From positions 549,609 to 613,608 of the forward strand of contig CAYYWQ010000001.1 in NCBI GenBank assembly GCA_964474825.1: a stretch of DNA of 64,000 bases. Direction: 5' to 3'. How positions within the stretch are numbered: the first letter of the stretch is position 1; every line of letters starts with the position of its first letter. The position numbers and the translations under genes were made by a program. The notes beneath the pieces were generated by a model, which saw nothing but the letters and a program-made list of their open reading frames with translations, did not search any database and was not told where the DNA came from. Shown here in pieces: positions 44,584 to 54,470 of the stretch. Origin of the DNA: an uncultured Candidatus Saccharibacteria bacterium. Lineage in GTDB: Bacteria > Patescibacteriota > Doudnabacteria > UBA920.

Positions 44584-45596
44584 TAATCTTTCTTTTTATT
44601 TACCAAATGCATTATTTTTTCTTTGTTATGCTCGGTAATTTCTATAGACTTAAAATTTTTCATTTTTTTCAAATGAGCTTCCATTTCTTTTTTTGTCAAA
44701 AGCCCTTCCTGGGGACCGATTTTTAAAACCACGGAGCCGGCATTTATTGGCCCCCAGCGCAGCGCCTCGCTGTGCGGTTGGCCGTAAAAAAGAGCGGCAA
44801 TATAGCCAGTTGTAAAACCGTCTCCTGCGCCTGTGGCCTCAATTCTTGGTCCAGGGAACTCCTCTATATAATAGAAGCCTTCGTTAGAATAACTATAAGC
44901 TCCCCTGCGGCCATCGGTCAAGACCACGGCTTTTGGGCCTAGCTTGACAAGCGCCTTACAAAGCTTCTCCGGATCGCGCCCATGGTCCCCGACCCAAGAC
45001 TGCGCCTCCTCCACGTTTAAAGACAAAACTTCCGTGCGTTTCAGTATTGGCTCATTAATTTTTACTCCCGCGCGTAATTGGAAAGTTCCCGGGTTAAAAC
45101 CCATTTTAACTTTGTACCTGTCCACATACTTTGCCAAATCTTTATGGATTTTTTCAAACCCAACTCCCATACTTGTTAAATAAATCCAAGACGAATGAAC
45201 AAAACTTGGTAGGACATAGTGCCGATGTTCGTGATAAACAAAAATAGTTCTTTCGCCGTCGTGGCTTAAAACTGTGGAAGCATTTGTCGGGTGGTTGTCA
45301 TTTTTATGAATGTAGCGGGTGGACACGCCCTCTTTTTCCATTTTGTGGACAATTTCCCGGCCGCCAGTGTCATGCGCCACAACGCAGTAAAAAGCAGTTT
45401 TCATTCCCAAGCGCGAAGCACCCACAGCATTGTTAGCCGCATTGCCCGCAACTGTTCGGTAAAACTTGTCCACCGGTAATTTGTCGCCCCAATTTATAAT
45501 GGCCTTTTTTTCGCCGTTAATTTCCTTAACTTCCACGTCCTTAACAATTAAGAACGTGTCTATAGTCGGGTCGCCAATGGAAATAATATCAAACAT
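44583..45596 (-). CDS. PfkB-family carbohydrate/nucleoside kinase
   Basis: …AGNAANNAVG… and …GAGDGFTTGYIAAL… motifs. Confidence 0.8.
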   Translation of the reverse strand: MFDIISIGDPTIDTFLIVKDVEVKEINGEKKAIINWGDKLPVDKFYRTVAGNAANNAVGASRLGMKTAFYCVVAHDTGGREIVHKMEKEGVSTRYIHKNDNHPTNASTVLSHDGERTIFVYHEHRHYVLPSFVHSSWIYLTSMGVGFEKIHKDLAKYVDRYKVKMGFNPGTFQLRAGVKINEPILKRTEVLSLNVEEAQSWVGDHGRDPEKLCKALVKLGPKAVVLTDGRRGAYSYSNEGFYYIEEFPGPRIEATGAGDGFTTGYIAALFYGQPHSEALRWGPINAGSVVLKIGPQEGLLTKKEMEAHLKKMKNFKSIEITEHNKEKIMHLVNKKKD

Positions 45597-45606
45597 TTTT
45601 ATTTTA

Positions 45607-45813
45607 TTATTTAATAATTGTGGAGGAACTCGCGCCTTCTAAACAGGCCTCAAGAGCCGGCGACATATGAATACGCACATAATTTACCGTAAAAAAAGCC
45701 ACAAAAACAATTAGCAAAAAACCTAAAACAATGTCGGAAACGCTGTAATAAATTACAAACTTCGCTTCCGGCCTGTTCTTATGCATATGCCTCTTATGGA
45801 CAAATTTGAACAT
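45607..45813 (-). CDS. Small membrane protein, hypothetical
   Basis: 68 aa, one TM helix. Confidence 0.3.
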   Translation of the reverse strand: MFKFVHKRHMHKNRPEAKFVIYYSVSDIVLGFLLIVFVAFFTVNYVRIHMSPALEACLEGASSSTIIK

Positions 45814-45817
45814 ACAA

Positions 45818-46096
45818 TTAGTTTTTATTTTTAAAATGTTTTATTAAACTTAAAATAATAAAGACAATTATAATCCAAATTGCTATGTTGAGCAACATCC
45901 CGTTTCGGTATAAAGGATCAAACTCAGATGCACTCATATAATAACTAATCGGATACCCTCTATGGGTTATACACGCTGGCCCATCATATCCGCATTTAAC
46001 AAACTTGATTTGGAATAAAAGCCGATCTAATAAAAACCCTAAAGCAAGGCTCCAGGCTACTAACCCCCATTTCGATCGCAAACTAAAAATCTTCAT
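45818..46096 (-). CDS. Small Cys-containing membrane protein, paralog of 51107..51415
   Basis: MKIFSLRSKWGLVAWSLALGF…IILSLIKHFKNKN versus MKIFSLESKGSLLGWSIVLGF…IILSLIRYFRNKN. The DNA is identical over the first ~17 nt. Confidence 0.5.
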   Translation of the reverse strand: MKIFSLRSKWGLVAWSLALGFLLDRLLFQIKFVKCGYDGPACITHRGYPISYYMSASEFDPLYRNGMLLNIAIWIIIVFIILSLIKHFKNKN

Positions 46097-46097
46097 T

Positions 46098-47075
46098 TTA
46101 TTTTTTTCTAGCTAAAACTTTTTTTACTGCGTCTATAACCGCTTGCTTGCCCATTCCATATTTTTCAATTAATTCTTCGGGTTTACCGCTTTCGCCAAAG
46201 GTGTTTTGCATTCCAACCATTTCAACCGGCACAGGACAGTGCTGGGCTAACACCTCACAAACTGCCGAGCCGCAGCCGCCCATAACTTGGTGTTCTTCTA
46301 CGGTTACTACAGCGCCGCAAATTTTAGCCGCTTCTGTAATACCTTCTACATCTATTGGTTTGATTGTGTGGTTGTTTACAACCATTACGCTTATACCTTC
46401 TTTTTCTAAATCCATTGCCGCAAGCAGCGCGTTATACAGCACAGGACCGCTGCCAATTACAGCAACATCTTTCCCCTCACGGAAAACAATGGCTTTGCCA
46501 ATTTTAAACTGTGTTACCCCTGTTGTCATTACCGGAGTTTTTTCTCGGCCAAACCTAAAGTATGCCGGGCCTTTCATTTCTCCGAGGGCAATAGTGGCTT
46601 TTTTGGTTTCGATTGAATCGCAGGGAACCACAACTGTTAAATTCGGCAAAACGCGGGTAATGGCAATGTCTTCCAAAGCCTGGTGCGTGGCGCCGTCCGG
46701 CCCGACTGAGATTCCCGTGTGGGCTCCCGCGACTTTAACATTTGCCTGGGAATAACAAACAGAAACCCGCAACTGGTCCCAGTTCCGTCCAGGAGAAAAA
46801 ACCGCGTAAGACGAAACAAAAGGGATTTTGCCATAAAGCGCGAGACCGGCCGCAACGCCCATCATATTTTGTTCCGCCACCCCGCATTCAATAAATCTTT
46901 CCGGATACTTTTTACCAAACGCTTCGACTCTTGTGCTTTCCGCCAAGTCCGCAGTTAGCACCACAACTTTTTCGTCTGCGGCACCCAACTCCAAAAGACC
47001 TTCACCATAGCCATTACGGGTTGGGATTTGCTCAATGTCAGGCTGGCCAATTTTCGGGTTTAAATTATAGTCCAT
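46098..47075 (-). CDS. Transketolase, C-terminal (pyrimidine-binding) subunit
   Basis: 325 aa with Pyr and C-terminal domains of a split transketolase. Confidence 0.85.
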   Translation of the reverse strand: MDYNLNPKIGQPDIEQIPTRNGYGEGLLELGAADEKVVVLTADLAESTRVEAFGKKYPERFIECGVAEQNMMGVAAGLALYGKIPFVSSYAVFSPGRNWDQLRVSVCYSQANVKVAGAHTGISVGPDGATHQALEDIAITRVLPNLTVVVPCDSIETKKATIALGEMKGPAYFRFGREKTPVMTTGVTQFKIGKAIVFREGKDVAVIGSGPVLYNALLAAMDLEKEGISVMVVNNHTIKPIDVEGITEAAKICGAVVTVEEHQVMGGCGSAVCEVLAQHCPVPVEMVGMQNTFGESGKPEELIEKYGMGKQAVIDAVKKVLARKK

Positions 47076-49233
47076 TTATGTTGTTATGTTTTTGTCCTTC
47101 TAAAAATTCCGTAATTTTTTCTTTATGTTTTTGGTAAATAAAGGAAATGGAAAGCAATATTACGCCAAGAACAATAAACGAAACAATGCGATAGCCGGTG
47201 TCTAAAGTCCCCACGTCATACAAAAAGACTTTGGCAATGGCTAGGCCAAAAAAGACGACCGCGACTTTTCGCAAAACAGCAAACCCTCTAATTGCGGAAA
47301 GCGGCATAAGCACCGCAGCATATATCATCCACCACAAGCTCAACACTAAATTGCGTGCGTTTTCAGAACCATTACCTCTGTAGTACTGAGTAATTTCCCA
47401 GGACACCGCAAACCATAAATACAAGCTGGCGCAGACTTTAAGAAAATCTCCGCTGCTGACATTTTTTCCGTCAGGTGAGGTTTGTTCCTGCAGGGCCGCA
47501 ATGGCCAAAAAGGCCACTGTCTGCAAAAACATAAGCCCAAATTTAACATTAACCAAAAAAATGTAATTGGAAGAATCGTAGGGCAAAAACAAAACACGGA
47601 ACGCACCTATGACCAACAATCCCAATGCCACGGCTGCTAAAATTTTGCGCTTCCCTACATAAGCCATAAAGGCCAGAATTGGAGGCAGTATTACCCACCA
47701 CAGACTCATACCCTGGGCCGCGCCTAAGCCTTTATAACTATGGCTAATTTCAAACGAAACCGCAATCCACAAAAGTATAGCAGCCGCAACCTCAGACAAA
47801 GTTTGGACATTCTTTTCTCCGTCGGAAACTTGAACTTTGGAAGACAGCCAGCCGGCAAAAATTAAACCCGCGCTTTCCAAAAGCATTAGAGCAAATTTTC
47901 CATTCAGCAAAAATTGTGTGTCGGTTGCCTTATAAGGCTCAAACGACACTACTATTAAAGAATAGTACAAGGCAAGCAAACCCCAAGTGTTAAACTCCGC
48001 CCGCTTAACCACGTAGCCAATAATAACAGAAGTTAAGGCAATGGCAATAAGCACCGCGTCAAAAGCCCGGCCGCTAAATTGCCAATAGGCCGCCAGAATA
48101 ATTAAAACCGTGCCTACCAAAGACAGGCAATAGTTAGTCATTTTAAAATTCAAACGGTCAACCAGCAAATAGGCCACCCACCAAATAACAGCACCCAGCA
48201 CCATTAACAGCGGCAAAAAATCATGGAAATTTTTATGGAGCAGGGAATAAATACTTATAAAGTAAAACAGCCCGGCAAATACAGACAGAATAGAAAAATT
48301 CTTGTCCGCGTGTCCCGGTAAAGTTTGCGTGGTGGCATGATGGCGAAACAAAGCGGCAACAACCAAGACAAACAAAACAAGAGAAGCTATTATAAAACTT
48401 ACGCTTCCCCAAGTATTGGCTTGGGTAGAATAGTTGGATGCCCAAACTGAAAAATCGAAAATAGAAGCCACCAGTCCCAAGAACACCAGTTCCAGCCAAA
48501 ACTTGCGCCATAAAACTACTACTATAGCCAAACTTAACACCAACAAATACCCAAATAGCATCCCCTGCTGGTTTTGCCCGCTGGAAAGCAGTAAAGGCGC
48601 GCCGTAAGCACCCACAATTCCAAGTATTGCCAAAGTTAAAGACTTTCTCTTAATGGACAGCCAAACCGCTAACGCGGACACTAAGACCATTAACGCTAAG
48701 GCAATGGGCTGGGGCAGGAGGTGGTAAAAATTAAAAGCCGCGTAAATAGTAAAGTCTAAAATTAATACACCACCTCCCGACATTGCGTAGGAATACTTTT
48801 GGTATTTTTCTTTCCAAAGTTCCCCTAAAAATACAAACAGGCCGCCTACAATAAAGCCGCACAATACTCTCATCCATTCATTTATCCAGCCGCGGTCAAC
48901 CGCAAGCTTAAAGAAAAAAGCAATCCCAATGGCAATAGCCAGCATTCCAAATTTGGTAAGCCAGCTGTATGCGGATTGGGGCTCCTTGTGGTCTTCGGTT
49001 GTTAACAACTTCTCCTGGGATCTAGACTCAAAAGCGGAGACCGGAGCATGAGTGGCGGCGCTTGGGAAAGACGTTTCGGAAAAAACAGGCGTGGGGACAG
49101 GCATATCATGCAGTGGCTCCACAGAAACCTGGTTTTGGGAATGTGACTGCCTTTCTAATTTTGACAAGCGTCCGCTTATGTTCCCAATCCAAAACAATAA
49201 AATTACGACGGCAATGAATAAAATAATTTCCAT
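47065..49233 (-). CDS. Large polytopic membrane protein (DUF2339-like), hypothetical
   Basis: 722 aa with >15 TM helices and an N-terminal LSKLERQ coiled-coil-like segment. Confidence 0.45.
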   Translation of the reverse strand: MEIILFIAVVILLFWIGNISGRLSKLERQSHSQNQVSVEPLHDMPVPTPVFSETSFPSAATHAPVSAFESRSQEKLLTTEDHKEPQSAYSWLTKFGMLAIAIGIAFFFKLAVDRGWINEWMRVLCGFIVGGLFVFLGELWKEKYQKYSYAMSGGGVLILDFTIYAAFNFYHLLPQPIALALMVLVSALAVWLSIKRKSLTLAILGIVGAYGAPLLLSSGQNQQGMLFGYLLVLSLAIVVVLWRKFWLELVFLGLVASIFDFSVWASNYSTQANTWGSVSFIIASLVLFVLVVAALFRHHATTQTLPGHADKNFSILSVFAGLFYFISIYSLLHKNFHDFLPLLMVLGAVIWWVAYLLVDRLNFKMTNYCLSLVGTVLIILAAYWQFSGRAFDAVLIAIALTSVIIGYVVKRAEFNTWGLLALYYSLIVVSFEPYKATDTQFLLNGKFALMLLESAGLIFAGWLSSKVQVSDGEKNVQTLSEVAAAILLWIAVSFEISHSYKGLGAAQGMSLWWVILPPILAFMAYVGKRKILAAVALGLLVIGAFRVLFLPYDSSNYIFLVNVKFGLMFLQTVAFLAIAALQEQTSPDGKNVSSGDFLKVCASLYLWFAVSWEITQYYRGNGSENARNLVLSLWWMIYAAVLMPLSAIRGFAVLRKVAVVFFGLAIAKVFLYDVGTLDTGYRIVSFIVLGVILLSISFIYQKHKEKITEFLEGQKHNNINGL

Positions 49234-49249
49234 ACAAATTTATTTTGCT

Positions 49250-50212
49250 TTAATTATTCAACTCCGCAGCGTCCGTAATTTTGCTGCCAGTTTTATAGGA
49301 ATTAAATTCCGTGCGGTTAACGTATATAATCTGCCCGGGGTCAACGCCGGCTTCTGACCAGGCCTGGGTAGAAATTAGTCTTTTTGTTGTTCCTTCAATT
49401 TTATATATGCCGCCTTTGCCGTTTAGCCAAATAAATTTGGCGTTCTGGTAATAATCGAATTCCGGCTGCTCAACAGTTACCACTTCACTGTCTTTGTTTT
49501 TATAAGACAAAAACACGGCGCGAGACATCATAGCAAGTTTTAGGTTGCTTTCCGAAACCCAATAAACCGTACCGGTGCCGTTTAATTTAATAAGCCGCGG
49601 TCCTGCCTGGTACAAACCAAAAGAAAGCGAGTCGGTGCCTGTCCCAGGGTCCTGGTATCCCAAACCACTGGGCATTTGAAGTCCCGAACCGTCCATGGAG
49701 GTAGGAGTTGGTGTAGGAATTGGAGTTGGTGTGGGTAAAGTGCTGCTTGCTAAAGGAGCATTTGGCGGAATGGCAACACTAAAATTGTAATTTTGAGTCG
49801 CCAAAGTTGACGTACTGTCGGTACCCAATCCTCCAAGAATTGAATAAGAACCCCAATACCCTGCCAGGGTTGTTGAAGCAAGAGTGTCAATTTGGATCAG
49901 CGACCCCTGATAGGTCTCGCCGGGATTCAAGGCGGAAGGCAAAAAACCATTTGTTGCCGGTTGGTTTATGGAAAGCCCTAATTGGCTGGCGGGGGCCACC
50001 TGCCCAACTATTGCCAAAGAATCACTGCTCGTAGAAGCCTTTATGAATTGCTTATAACTGCCATTATTAGTTACTGTGCCGCTAATAATAATCGCGTTTC
50101 CCGCTGGGGCGGCAGCGCCGCTGTTAAAATTGACCACAATATCAGCCAAGGTTACTAAAGGCAAGAGAAGCCCTGCCGCCACCGCCAATACTATTTGAAT
50201 TTTTTTTGTCAT
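49250..50212 (-). CDS. Secreted protein with PT linker and C-terminal domain shared with 13434..15806
   Basis: Signal peptide, PTPTPIPTPTPT linker, and a C-terminal region with a G.IY[KN]…GTK..I…A…G… pattern. Confidence 0.5.
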   Translation of the reverse strand: MTKKIQIVLAVAAGLLLPLVTLADIVVNFNSGAAAPAGNAIIISGTVTNNGSYKQFIKASTSSDSLAIVGQVAPASQLGLSINQPATNGFLPSALNPGETYQGSLIQIDTLASTTLAGYWGSYSILGGLGTDSTSTLATQNYNFSVAIPPNAPLASSTLPTPTPIPTPTPTSMDGSGLQMPSGLGYQDPGTGTDSLSFGLYQAGPRLIKLNGTGTVYWVSESNLKLAMMSRAVFLSYKNKDSEVVTVEQPEFDYYQNAKFIWLNGKGGIYKIEGTTKRLISTQAWSEAGVDPGQIIYVNRTEFNSYKTGSKITDAAELNN

Positions 50213-50226
50213 ATGTTTTTTAATGT

Positions 50227-51081
50227 TTATTGATGTTCGCTTTTAATTCTTCCTCTAAGTGTCCTAAGCTCGCTAAGCGCCAGCTTTGCCTGGTCCTTGT
50301 TAGGAGGCATTCCATGCCACTTGTAATCCCCTTCCATAAAATCCACTCCTTTGCCCGCTATGGTGTGGGCAATAATAATGGTTGGTTTTTCATAAATTGC
50401 TTTTGCTTCCTGGCAAGCATTTACAATTTCCTGGACATTATGCCCATCCACTTCTAAAACATGCCAGCCAAAAGCTTCATATTTTGCTTTTAAATTCCCC
50501 AAAGGCATTATGTCCTCGGTGTAACCGTCTATTTGAATATTATTTCGGTCCATAATTGCCGTAATGTTATGGAGCTTGTATTTCCCTGCAAACATAACCG
50601 CCTCCCATGTCTGGCCTTCGTCCTGCTCCCCGTCTGACATAATTAAATACACTCTCTGGGATTTTTTATGGTCCATTAAAAGCCCGTAAGCAATTCCCAC
50701 GGCCTGGGAAGAACCCTGTGCCAACGGACCGGAGGATGTTTCAATTCCGGGAAGCGACAAATTATGCGGGTGTCCTTGAAGCCTTGAGTCTAGTTTTCGT
50801 AAAGTCTTTAATTCTTTTTTTGGAAAATATTCCGCCTCAGCCAAAGCGGCATACAATACTGGGTTAATGTGCCCGCAAGACAAAACTAAATAATCCCTCT
50901 CGTCCCACTTAGGATTTTTGGGGTCGTGATTCATTACATTAAAATATAAAGCGCTAAATACATCCGCCATATCTAAAGGCCCGGCGCTATGCCCGCTTCC
51001 TGCCTCTACCAACATTTCTATAATATCTTCCCGTATGTCGTTGGCTTTGTATTTTAGTTCGTTAATTGATAACTTTTTCAT
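50227..51081 (-). CDS. Transketolase, N-terminal (TPP-binding) subunit
   Basis: …GSGHSAGPL…, …GHPH…, …DGE.DEG… TPP motifs. Confidence 0.85.
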   Translation of the reverse strand: MKKLSINELKYKANDIREDIIEMLVEAGSGHSAGPLDMADVFSALYFNVMNHDPKNPKWDERDYLVLSCGHINPVLYAALAEAEYFPKKELKTLRKLDSRLQGHPHNLSLPGIETSSGPLAQGSSQAVGIAYGLLMDHKKSQRVYLIMSDGEQDEGQTWEAVMFAGKYKLHNITAIMDRNNIQIDGYTEDIMPLGNLKAKYEAFGWHVLEVDGHNVQEIVNACQEAKAIYEKPTIIIAHTIAGKGVDFMEGDYKWHGMPPNKDQAKLALSELRTLRGRIKSEHQ

Positions 51082-51106
51082 TTTTATATTTGTGGCGCTA
51101 AAAAAC

Positions 51107-51415
51107 TCAAATTGCGGGATTATTTTTATTCCTAAAATATCTAATTAAACTTAAAATTATCAATACTGAAAAAAACCAAAAAAATAAATTTAATAAATAA
51201 ATTGGCTTTACATCAATTGCAGGCCCTAGGTCTCCGGTATCCGCTACAATTGGCCATCCATAACGATATGCTTCAAATGATCTCTGGCAGGGCCAAAAAG
51301 TGCATGCTATGTAAACTCTTTTGGTAAATTCAAAAATTGCAGTATTTACAACAAACCCAAGCACAATACTCCACCCCAGCAAGCTGCCTTTGGATTCTAA
51401 ACTAAAAATCTTCAT
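51107..51415 (-). CDS. Small Cys-containing membrane protein, paralog of 45818..46096
   Basis: Start set at MKIFSLESK (the track ORF extends to 51442). Confidence 0.5.
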   Translation of the reverse strand: MKIFSLESKGSLLGWSIVLGFVVNTAIFEFTKRVYIACTFWPCQRSFEAYRYGWPIVADTGDLGPAIDVKPIYLLNLFFWFFSVLIILSLIRYFRNKNNPAI

Positions 51416-52050
51416 TGTATTTCTCTTTGCAGTTTTTCCCACGCGGCCGGAACATCGGCAGCTTTAACTAGGGCACTACCCACGCATATTAAATCCGCGC
51501 CGGCTTGTTTTAGGCTTTTTGTATTAGTTTCATTAACGCCGCCATCTACCTCTATTATAGCATGGGGAAACAGTTGGCGCAGTTCTTTAATGCGATCTAT
51601 AGTGGATGGAATAAAAGCCTGTCCTTGCTTGCCGGGTATTACGCTCATAATTAAATATTCATCCGCGGCTATGTCTTTCAAAGCATTTACCGACGTACCT
51701 GGTGAAATTGCCACACCAGTTTTAAAACCCATAGCTTTCATTTCAGCTAACGTTTGTTTTAAATTTTCTGATGAGGAAAAAGCTTCGAAATGCACAATTA
51801 AAGTTTTAAATCCACAAATTTGATAGTCTAAAAAGTCCTTAGGTTCCTTAACCATTAAATGCGCTTCCCAATGGAAAGCCGGATTTAAAGTATCCATTTC
51901 ATCTGCATTTAAAAGTTTGTTTTCAATAAAAACCCCGTCGCCAAAATCCACTTGGATCCGCTCCAAGCCCGGCAGTTTGCTAACAGCGGAAACCCGCGCC
52001 AAAAAACCTTCCTTGTTAAATTCTAAAATTGCGGGGACAATTTGTGGCAT
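51412..52050 (-). CDS. rpe: Ribulose-phosphate 3-epimerase
   Basis: …HLMVKEP…, …VDGGVN… and the TIM-barrel pattern. Confidence 0.75.
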   Translation of the reverse strand: MPQIVPAILEFNKEGFLARVSAVSKLPGLERIQVDFGDGVFIENKLLNADEMDTLNPAFHWEAHLMVKEPKDFLDYQICGFKTLIVHFEAFSSSENLKQTLAEMKAMGFKTGVAISPGTSVNALKDIAADEYLIMSVIPGKQGQAFIPSTIDRIKELRQLFPHAIIEVDGGVNETNTKSLKQAGADLICVGSALVKAADVPAAWEKLQREIQ

Positions 52051-52497
52051 TTATTTTTCTAAATTTTTAATTTTTTCAATTCTTCTTTGATGCCTGCCGC
52101 CGCCGAACGCGGTTTTAAGCCAAACGTCTATTGATTGTTTAATTTCGTCAACCGATATAAAGCCGGCACCGAGTGATAATACATTAGCATTGTTATGGTC
52201 GCGCGAAAGGCGAACAATTTCGGGATTTCCGCCGTAATAAACCGCGGCACGAATTCCTTTAACTTTATTTGCCACAATAGCTTCGCCATTTCCGCTCCAG
52301 CCAATAATAATCCCGCGGTTATTGTCTACGTCTTCCGCGACTTTTTGCGCGCAAGGATAAATAAAATCCGGATAATCGTCGTCTTTGTCATATTTAAAAG
52401 GCCCACAATCCTCAATTTCCCTGCCGCTTTCGCGGAGGTAATTAAAAATTGTGTTCTTTAGCTCAAATCCTGCGTGGTCACTGGCAATGTATATCAT
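52051..52497 (-). CDS. rpiB: Ribose-5-phosphate isomerase B
   Basis: MIYIASDHAGFELK… Start moved to the second Met because the first ATG lies inside the palindromic element remnant. Confidence 0.85.
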   Translation of the reverse strand: MIYIASDHAGFELKNTIFNYLRESGREIEDCGPFKYDKDDDYPDFIYPCAQKVAEDVDNNRGIIIGWSGNGEAIVANKVKGIRAAVYYGGNPEIVRLSRDHNNANVLSLGAGFISVDEIKQSIDVWLKTAFGGGRHQRRIEKIKNLEK

Positions 52498-52504
52498 AGT
52501 ATTA

Positions 52505-52572
52505 TTTGTCATTCCGAGTGCATCCGAGGAATCCCTTAAGAGATCCTTCGCAACGCTCAGGACGACATGTTA
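52505..52572. mobile_element. Degenerate copy C of the palindromic MITE-like element (intergenic, tpiA-rpiB)
   Basis: gtcattccgagtgcatccgaggaatcccttaag… matches the arms of copies A and B. The right arm is decayed. Confidence 0.55.
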
Positions 52573-53256
52573 TCACATGTCGATTATTTGATTAAAATAA
52601 CTTGGTACTAAACTTGCTCCACCCACCAGTAAACCGTCTACATTTCGCTGCTGTAAAAACCCTTGAGCGTTTAGGTTGTTTACACTGCCGCCATATAAAA
52701 CTTTTGCGACCCCATATTTATTTTTTATAAAAATTCCAATTTTCTCCGCGTGTTCGGGAGATGCAGTTTTACCTGTACCAATTGCCCATACCGGTTCATA
52801 AGCTACTATGACCGACGAAGCATCCAAACCTGCTAAATCAATGTCTAACTGTTGTTTTAGAACATCTGTAACTTCTAAATCGTCTTGCTCTACAGTTGTT
52901 CCGTAACCTACACACAATACAGGAATAATCTTATGTGACAAAGCGGCTTTAACTTTTGCATTAATCATTTCATCACTTTCCCCAACTCCCCGCTTTTCAC
53001 TGTGGCCAATTATGCAATATTTTATTTTTAAATCTTTTAATTGTAATAAAGATACCTGCCCGGTATAAGCCCCCTTTTCCTCCCAAAAACAATCCTGCGC
53101 CCCAAGCCTCGGGTAAGAGACGGATGGCAAATAAATAGTCGGGGGGCAAAGCACCACAGTATTTTTGGCTTTTACAGATATAGACACCGAAAGTTTCTGG
53201 GCATCTTTTAAAGTGGTTGGATTAAGTTTCCAATTTGCGATAATGAGTTTTTTCAT
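52573..53256 (-). CDS. tpiA: Triosephosphate isomerase
   Basis: IIANWKLNPT, IGHSEKR and AYEPVWAIGTG motifs. Confidence 0.9.
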   Translation of the reverse strand: MKKLIIANWKLNPTTLKDAQKLSVSISVKAKNTVVLCPPTIYLPSVSYPRLGAQDCFWEEKGAYTGQVSLLQLKDLKIKYCIIGHSEKRGVGESDEMINAKVKAALSHKIIPVLCVGYGTTVEQDDLEVTDVLKQQLDIDLAGLDASSVIVAYEPVWAIGTGKTASPEHAEKIGIFIKNKYGVAKVLYGGSVNNLNAQGFLQQRNVDGLLVGGASLVPSYFNQIIDM

Positions 53257-53270
53257 ATTCCAAATTATTT

Positions 53271-54461
53271 TTATAAACCGCTTCGGTTATCTACCGTTTG
53301 AGAAATAATACTGTTTAAAGTTTCAGTAATCATTCTCCCTTTGTCCAAGTTTTGGCCAGGAATTTGTATGCCGTTATTGGCTAAAATATTCCCGCCCTGG
53401 CCTAAAACAAAACTCCGGGGAGCGACCATCCCCGAAACGGCAGCGTTCTGGATCATAACAGTGCACATACCAAAAATTTTCTCCATAAAACTCTGGGATA
53501 CGGTTACATTCTGAATGGTGTGATAAGGCAAGTGCCTCTCTTCCCGGCTAATCACTCCATTTCTCAATAAAATATACTCGGGTAAAAATTCAAAACGATA
53601 ACTCTTTCTCCACAACACTAACCAAATTATGCGAAAAGAATAAAAAATAAAAAATGTGGCCAACCAAAACAAAAAAATATCAAAACTTGTTGGATTAAAG
53701 CCCATTATTTCCGCTAAACTTTGGCCGCTATTTTTTCCCGAAGCAAAAAACCAGCTATTAATTATCCATGAAATAAAAGCGGCGTAAAACAAATAAGTAA
53801 AGGTCCGTAAAAAAAGCCATTTGCCACTAATTGGAAACTGGTCGCTGGAAATCTGTTGGGTTGGACTAACAGCCTTTAGTTGAGCCTGAGGGCGGGGCGG
53901 CATTGGGACACCGGAAACCTGGTCGGCTGCTGGATTCCCGCCGCCTTTAATTTTGTTAAGCAAAAAATTCTTCAGGCCTTCGGCAATTTGCGGATCCACA
54001 CCGTCAATGTGCGCGGCAATACCAGAGGAATAAGTGGCACTGGCAATATGGACATCGTAAATTCCTATAAGCCTGTCTAGAAAATCTTGATCAACATAAA
54101 CGTCCTGGATTTTGCCATATTGGACGTGGATTTCCGTTGGCATAAACACGCCTTTTTGAATGGTTACAAAGTTCTCGTCACAGTCATAATAGTAACGCTT
54201 AATATATAACTTAACGTACCAGCCATAAATTAAATACAATAACAATAAGACTGAGGCAACCCCAAAGAAGGCCCATTTTATAAAACTTCCAGCACCGCCG
54301 GGAGCGCCCACCGGACTGCTGGCAAAAAATCCTATTGCGCCCACACCCAAACCTAAAAGTAAGGAAAGAACAAAAAATCCAAAGATCTTTTCAATCATTT
54401 TTTTCCTGAATTTTTTCTTACTTAATGGATACTGCTGCTGGAAACCCGATGGTGCGTTCAT
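53271..54461 (-). CDS. Membrane protein with two bacterial PH (YdbT/DUF304-like) domains
   Basis: Two repeats of a TM hairpin followed by a beta-rich segment (…YYDCDENFVTIQKGVF…; …YILLRNGVISREERHLPY…). Confidence 0.5.
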   Translation of the reverse strand: MNAPSGFQQQYPLSKKKFRKKMIEKIFGFFVLSLLLGLGVGAIGFFASSPVGAPGGAGSFIKWAFFGVASVLLLLYLIYGWYVKLYIKRYYYDCDENFVTIQKGVFMPTEIHVQYGKIQDVYVDQDFLDRLIGIYDVHIASATYSSGIAAHIDGVDPQIAEGLKNFLLNKIKGGGNPAADQVSGVPMPPRPQAQLKAVSPTQQISSDQFPISGKWLFLRTFTYLFYAAFISWIINSWFFASGKNSGQSLAEIMGFNPTSFDIFLFWLATFFIFYSFRIIWLVLWRKSYRFEFLPEYILLRNGVISREERHLPYHTIQNVTVSQSFMEKIFGMCTVMIQNAAVSGMVAPRSFVLGQGGNILANNGIQIPGQNLDKGRMITETLNSIISQTVDNRSGL

Positions 54462-54470
54462 ATTTTTTGT

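Noticed and set aside
51416-51442. Longer start for the small membrane paralog (track ORF to 51442, MGKTAKRNT…)
   Set aside because: The paralog at 45818 starts exactly at MKIFSL. The extension overlaps the rpe 3' end, so the start was moved to the conserved MKIFSL Met.
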